64,000 nt of DNA from the human T2T-CHM13v2.0 reference genome, Homo sapiens. Positions 57,249 through 64,000 of this stretch are shown here, one piece after another. The translations under genes were made by a program, and so were the position numbers. The notes under the pieces are model-generated. The model had not been told where the DNA came from, made no database searches, and was given only the letters and a program-made list of their open reading frames with translations. Where the stretch lies: assembly GCF_009914755.1 (NCBI RefSeq), contig NC_060925.1, one strand, 5' to 3'. Within the stretch, counting starts at the first letter, position 1. Every line of letters starts with the position of its first letter.

Positions 57249-57659
57249 TTGTGTGTGTGTAAGTTTATATATATATAAAGCGGAGTTTATTAAATATTAA
57301 CTTACACAATCACAAGGTCCCACAATAGGCTGTCTGCAAGCTGAGGAGCAAGGAGAGCCAGTCTGAGTCCCAAAAATGAAGAACTTGGAGTCTGATGTTC
57401 TGGGGCAGGAAACATCCAGCACGGGAGAAAAATGTAGGCTGGGAAGCTAGGCCTGTCTCTCATTTTCATGTTTTTCTTCCTGCTTTATATTCGCTGGAAG
57501 CTGATTAGATTGTGCCCACCAGATTCAGGGTGGATGTGCCTTCCTCAGCCCACTGACTCAAATGTTAATCTCTTTTGGCAACACCCACACAGACAGATTG
57601 AGGATTAATACTTGTATCCTTTAGTCCAATCAAGGTGACACTCAGTATTAATCATCACA
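57175..57659 (-). mobile_element. MLT2A (MLT2A1/A2) LTR, the 3' LTR of the HERV-L provirus
   Basis: ATTAGTCAG...GACAGAACTAA, internal (TA)n(TG)n, ...CTCAGTATTAATCATCACA; adjacent AGTCCACCCCTT is the reverse complement of the polypurine tract. Confidence 0.9.
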
Positions 57660-60600
57660 AGTCCACCCCTTGTCAACTTGAACCCATACACAGCTCCTGA
57701 GATCATACATAATCTTCAAATAAAGGTAATAATGAGGTCATAATTACACCTAACATAATACAACTATCCTTTGTACAACTGGAAATGCACCAAGCTCCAA
57801 TCCAAATACTACATAAAGTTAACAATGCTTAAATGTTGATAAGAAGTCAATAAATCTTACATCACATGATAAAGGAAAAATGAAATAAAATGAAGATATT
57901 TTCTTAGTACAAGTGTATACATGTGCAAACATGTTTTTAAGAAAAGAAGGAGGAAATACTCATGACTGTTACAGTCCTCGTGTCTGCAGCTGGTCACGTG
58001 GTCATAGCTGGTATTGATGACTACCTTCTTCTACTACCCATTTGTATTCCCTTTGCCTTCAGCAAGCACTTCAGCAGGTCATGGTTTTTCCTGGTGGAGT
58101 GACCCAAACCTTCATTTTTGAAGGGTCTGGATCCTTCATAGTCCTGCCTGGATTGGGATGTTGTAGTTTCCCATTGACCTTAATCACAGGGCATGGTAAT
58201 ACTAAGAGATGCCCTAATGAATCTCCTGTATTCCATGCTACTCTTCCTCCGTTGTGCAGTAGTAGACTGATTTCATCTTGATAGTCTGGGGGTTAAATCA
58301 CCCCAGCCAATGCTGTTACTATCTTCTTAGCCTATTGACTTGAAGGTAGGAGGAGCCTAAAGTGTCCAGGTGGCAATCTTAACTTCCAGTTTAATGGAAT
58401 CGTATTTGTGTCTCCTGGTGGCAGCATACCTCCCTCTGGAACTAAGACCTCTAGGCCAGCAGAATGTAATGTCACGGTAACAGGACGCAAAAATTTTGCT
58501 AGTGGATCACTAGGGGTGATGGTGAGTGGTGCCACTTCCATTTCTACCCGTTGATTCCTGGACCCAGGAATCCTGGCTATGGGAGAAACAATACCATATA
58601 TTGGATGCTGATTCAGAGCATACATGGCCTTCTGGAGAACTTTGCCTGAGCCCTGCAAAGTATCGTCACCCAGTTGGCATTGTAATTGTGATTTCAAAAG
58701 GCCAGTCCACTGTTTTATCAATCCAGCTGCTTCAGGATGATGGGGAACATGGTAAGACCAATCAATTCCATGAGCATGACCCACTGCCACACTTCTTTAG
58801 CTGTAAAGTTACTGCCTTGGTCAGATGCAATGCTGTGTGAAATACCATGATGGTGGATAAGGCATTCCGTGAGTTCATGGATGGTAGTCTTGGCAGAAAC
58901 ATTACGTGCAGGATAGGCAAACCCATATCTGGATTAAGTGTCTATTCCAGTAAGGACAAACCTCTGCCCTTTCCATGATGGAAGATGTCCAATATAATCA
59001 ACCTGCCACCAGGTAGCTTGCTGATCACCCTGAGGAATAGTGCCATATTGAGGGCTCAGTGTTGGTCTCTGTTGCTTGCAAACTGGGCAGTCAGTAGTGG
59101 CCATAGCCAGGTCAGCCTTGGTAAGTGGAAGTCCATGTTGCTGAGCCCATGCGTAACTTCCATCCCTGCCACCATGGCCACTTTGTACATGGGCCCATTT
59201 GGCGATGACCGGGGTGGCTAGGGAAAGAGGCTAAGTGGTGTCCACAGAATGGGATGTCCTATCCACTTGATTATTAAACTCCTCCTCTGCTAAGGTCACC
59301 TCTGCTAAGGTGAGCACTCACATGGGATACAAATATCTTTACGGTTTTTGACCACTCAGAGAGGTCCATCCACATACCTCTTCCCCAAATTTCTTTGTCA
59401 CCAATTTTCCAATCATGCTTCTTCCAAGTCCCTGAATATCCAGCTAAACTATTGGCTACAGTCCATGAATCAGTATATAATCACACATCTGGCTATTTCT
59501 CCTTCCATGCAAAGTGCACAACCAGGTGCACTGCTCGAAGTTCTGTCCACTGGGAAGATTTTCCTTTACCGCTGTCCTTCAGGAATGTCCTGGAAAGGGG
59601 TTGTAGTGCTGCAGCTGTCCACTTTCAGGTGGTGCCTGCGTATCGTGCAGAACCATATGTGAAACAGGCCGTAGTCTTCTCTTCCTCTGTCAATTGATCA
59701 TAGGGAACTCCCCATGAGGCCATTGGCACAGGCTGGGGGAGAGAAGGCAGGTGGCAGGAGTGGAGAACATGGGCATTTGAACCACTTCCTCATGTAACTT
59801 ACTTGTGCCTTCAGGATCTGCTCAAACACGATCATGTATATAGCACTTCCATCTGATGATGGAATGCTGCTGTGCATGACCCACTTTATGGCTAGATGGG
59901 TCAGAAAGTCTCCAGTTCGTGATAGGCAGTTCAGGTCACCATGATGACTTGATGACCCATAGCTAAACGTTCAGTATCCACCAAAGCCCAGTAACAGACC
60001 AAGAGCTGCCTCTCAAAAGGAGAGTAGTTATCTGCAGAAGATGGCAGGGACTTGCTCCAAAATCCTAGAGGCCTCCACTGTGATTCACCTATGGAAGCCT
60101 GCCAGAGGTTCCAAACAGCATCCCTATCTGCCACTGAAACCTCAAGCACCATTGGATCTGCTGGGTCATATGGCCTAAGTGGCAGAGCAGCTTGCACAGC
60201 AGCCTGTACCTATTGCAGAGCTTTCTCCTGTTCTGGACCCCACTCAAAACTGAGAGACTTTTGAGTCACTCGATAAATAGGCTGGAGTAACACACCCAAA
60301 TGAGGAATGTGTTGCCTCCAAAATCCCAATAGGCCCACTAGGCATTGTGCCTGTTTCTTGGTTGTAGGAGGGGCCAAATTCAGCAATTTATCTTTTACCT
60401 TAGAAAGAATATCTCAACAGGCCCCACACCACTGGACCCCTAGAAATTTTACTGAGGTAGAAGTTCCCTGGATTTTAGTCAGATTTATTTCCCATCCTCT
60501 GGCATGCAAATGTCTCACTAATAAGTCCAGTGTGTTTGCTACTTCTTGCTTACTGGATCCAATCAGCATAATGTCATCAATGTAATGGACCAGTGTGATA

Positions 60601-63165
60601 TCTTGTGGAAGCAAAAAGTGATCAAGGTCTCTTGGATTATAACCCAAAGCCAGAGAGTTGATACACCCTGAGGTAGGACAGCAAAGACATATTGCTGGCC
60701 TTGCCAGCTGAAGGCAAATTGCTTCTGGTGGGCCTTATGGACAGGAATGGAGAAAAAGACATTTACCAAGTCAATGATGGTGTACCAGGTACCAGGAGAT
60801 GTGTTAGTTTGCTCAAGCAATGAAACCACCTCTGGTACAGCAGCTGCAATTGGAGTCACCACTTGGTTAAGCTTATGATAATCCACTGTCATTCCGCAAG
60901 ATCCATCTGTCTTCTGCACAGCCCAAATGGGAGAGTTGAATGAGAATGTGGTGGGAATCACAACCCCTGCATCTTTCAAGTCCTTGATGGTGGCACTAAT
61001 CTCCACAGTCCCTCCAGGGATGCGACACTGTTTTTGATTTACTGTTTTTCTAGGTAGAGGCAGCTCTAATGGCTTCCATTTGGCCTTTTCCACCATGGTA
61101 GCCCTCGCCCTACCAGTCAGGGAGCCAATGTGGGGGTTCTACCAGCTGCTAAGTATGTCTATGCCAACTATGCATTCTGGCACTTGGGAAATGACCACAG
61201 GATGTGTCTGGGGACCCATTGAAATCACTGTAAGTTGGACCTGAGCTAAAACTCCATTAATTACCTGACCTCCATAAGCCCCTACCCTTAACTGGAGGAC
61301 CACAATGACGTTTTGGGTCCCCTGGAACCAATGTCAGCTCAAAGACAGTGTCTAGTAGTCCCTGAAATGTCTGACCATTTCCCTTTCCCCAATGCACAGT
61401 TACCCTGGTAAAAGGCTGGAGGTCTCTTTGGGGAAGGATGGGAGAAAAATTCACTGCATAAATTTCTGGTAATGTAGTGGGGTCCTTTCTCAAGGGGACC
61501 TGGGCTCCCATTCATTCAAGGGGTTCTGGGTCTGTAAACTGACTCAAGTCTGGAAATTGATTGAGGGGCTGTGATTCTCTGTTTTTATAATTCAAATTAG
61601 TCTTTTGTCTTTTTGACCTAGAAGTTTTCTGTTTGTATAATTTAAGTAGGAATGCAGTAGGCTTCCTATCAATTTCACTTCTAGGAACAGTGTGATTAAT
61701 GAGCCAATGCCAGAGCTCCACACAAATCAGACTATTCTGATTAGTGCTTTGCTTCTGCTGTCCATCACAGTAGCTACGCCCACCTTGCCTTTGACAGTTG
61801 AGTGCTGCCGCTTGGCCCCTGTCAGGATCCAATTATTCCCATTGTATTTAAATTTTGTAGTTGAGTGACTAAATTCCCATGGTTAGATCTGACATACAGA
61901 GAAGAGCAATTACAGGGCTCTTCAAAGATGCAGGTGCTGCCTTCACAAATCTATTTTGCAAGGCATTGGTCAAAGGTATACCTTCTGGACCCTCCTAGCT
62001 GGGATGAGTAGGTCTAAAGTGACTAATCCATTCCACTATCCCAATATCCCTAAACCTTTGGAACCCTTCCTCTGCATTAAACCAAGGAGATCAGGCATTT
62101 CCAGCTCACTCACAGTGGGACATCTTTTAATCCATATTTCAGTTAACCAAGCTAATAAATGATCAGAACCTTTTTTAACTCCCCAAGCTGCAACATTAAA
62201 TGCAGAGCCCCTACTTAGTGGCCCCAATTCAATAAATTCAGCCTGATCCAACTCTATGTTCCTTCCACCATTATCCCATACCCTTAATATCCATTCCCAC
62301 GTCTGTTCTCCAGGTTGCTGTTTATATAAATTAGAGAACTCAAATAGTTCTTTTATAGTGTAGTGCACCTCCTCATGGTAATCACACTCTTAACCTTACC
62401 TCTGGGGCTCACTGGGACTTTAGTTATAGGTTTAGAAGCAAACAGGGGATTTGGGGGTGACTCCTGAGGAGAATCAACATTATTTTGCCTGGCAACTGCT
62501 TCAGGGGAGGTCATCACTGTTTCCTCAGGCAGCACAGGGTTTATCTCCTCAGAGAAAGGTGGAAAGGCTGATGACAGCTTGGGTCAGGGAGGGGATGTTG
62601 CCACTACTAGGGATGGGGAAGCTGTTCCTTCTGGCAAAAAAATTTCATCAGAGTTTACAAACTCAGTGTCCCCAACTTCATCAGGTTCCTCCCATACATC
62701 CCCATTCCAAGTTGCTGGGTCCCATTCTTTTCCAATCAATGCCCTCACTTTAAGAGTAGACACCTGGTGGGGCTGTGCATGCACCTTTCATTGCAGGTCA
62801 GCCACTCACAAGATAAGAGCTTGTGTCTCTTTTTCCACAATTTCAGCTCTTTCTCTACAGAAGATAAGACTCTCACTCAGGGCAATCTTAGCAGATTTGA
62901 GGCTCAATACCTGCTTCTGAAGCCAGGAGACAGAAGGCCTAAGTTCATCATTTTCTTTCATCACTTTGTCCACTGAACTTAGGAGCAATCAACCAGCTTC
63001 ATTATGTTCCTTGGTTCTACACATATAGTCAAAGTTATTATGTATAGAGTCACTAAACTCCTTGCCTCTCATGAGTGGTGAACTAGGAGTGCCAAATGCA
63101 TTTATTTGGCATAACTCTCTAAACAGTTCATGCCAAGGACTATCAATGTTCTCCATACTATTAGA
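57660..63165 (-). mobile_element. HERV-L internal region (decayed gag-pro-pol-dUTPase, no env)
   Basis: Minus-strand ORF fragments: gag (62989, 62806, 62584, 62036, 61512), protease GLLDTV (61257), RT FNSPIWAVQK...LPQG and LVHYIDDI (60563, 60414), RT-connection/RNaseH-like RPLGFWSK (59931), integrase end plus dUTPase LPPGDT...LRLPPGHF (58332); many stops and frameshifts. Confidence 0.93.
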
Positions 63166-64000
63166 ATATATATAATATATATAAGAATATATATATACTA
63201 TAAGTATATACACTTATAATATATATAAGTGTATATACTTATATATATACTATAAGTATATATACTTATATATATACTATAAGTATATATACTTATATAT
63301 ATACTATAAGTATATATACTTATATATATACATAAGTATATATACTTATAGTATATATGTAAGTATATATACTATAAGTATATATACTTATATACTATAA
63401 GTATATATACTATAAGTATATATACCTAGGTATATATACTTATATATATACTTGCATATAGATACTTGCATATATATACTTATATATACACTTGCATATA
63501 GATATACTTCCATATATATATTTCCATATATATATATTTCCATATATATTTCCATATATATATTTCCATATATATATATTTCCATATATATATTTCCATA
63601 TATATATTTCCATATATATATTTCCATATATATATTTCCATATATATATTTCCATATATATATATTTCCATATATATATTTCCATATATATATATTTCCA
63701 TATATATATTTCCATATATATATATTTCCATATATATATTTCCATATATATATATTTCCATATATATATTTCCATATATATATATTTCCATATATATATT
63801 TCCATATATATATATTTCCATATATATATTTCCATATATATATATTTCCATATATATATTTCCATATATATATTTCCATATATATATTTCCATATATATA
63901 TTTCCATATATATATTTCCATATATATATTTCCATATATATATTTCCATATATATATTTCCATATATATATTTCCATATATATATTTCCATATATATATT
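63166..64000. repeat. AT-rich tandem array: (TATATATACTATAAG/CTTA) units grading into (TTTCCATATATATA[TA])n, truncated by the window end
   Basis: Direct reading; 14- and 16-bp units from about 63508. Confidence 0.97.

Noticed and set aside
59284-59313. 15-bp tandem duplication within HERV-L pol
   Set aside because: Ordinary post-insertion decay of a dead element
63388-63991. Three long minus-strand ORFs (165-191 aa, [14 protein letters not shown] repeats)
   Set aside because: Translation artefact of a stop-free tandem repeat, open in all three frames
63508-64000. CRISPR-like regular repeats
   Set aside because: No unique spacers; a simple VNTR in eukaryotic DNA

Overview
Mammalian (human-like, Alu-rich) genomic DNA containing the complete FASLG (Fas ligand/CD95L/TNFSF6) gene on the + strand. 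Four coding exons (28313-28660, 29206-29251, 33445-33501, 34733-35127) total 846 nt, i.e. 281 aa plus stop. The promoter (TATA, NFAT/Sp1, Egr, C/EBP at -844, FOXO, AP-1) and 3'UTR (miR-21 8mer, (GT)n, poly(A) signals) are recognisable. The rest is intergenic and repeat-rich: 13 Alus, L1/L2/MIR fragments, several solo LTRs (MER50, MER21, MLT1, MER41A and others), DNA transposon fossils, and a decayed minus-strand HERV-L provirus with an MLT2A 3' LTR that runs into an AT-rich tandem array at the window end. I see no other protein-coding gene and no clear-cut new multi-gene system. The best leads are: two in-frame alternative splice donors after FASLG exon 3; three local non-tandem duplications (one inverted); a FOXO element lying in an Alu tail; a uORF overlapping the TATA box; and a terminal array of about 33 TGGAAA (NFAT/TonE-like) motifs. 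Repeat family names come from recalled consensus sequences, and repeat boundaries are approximate.
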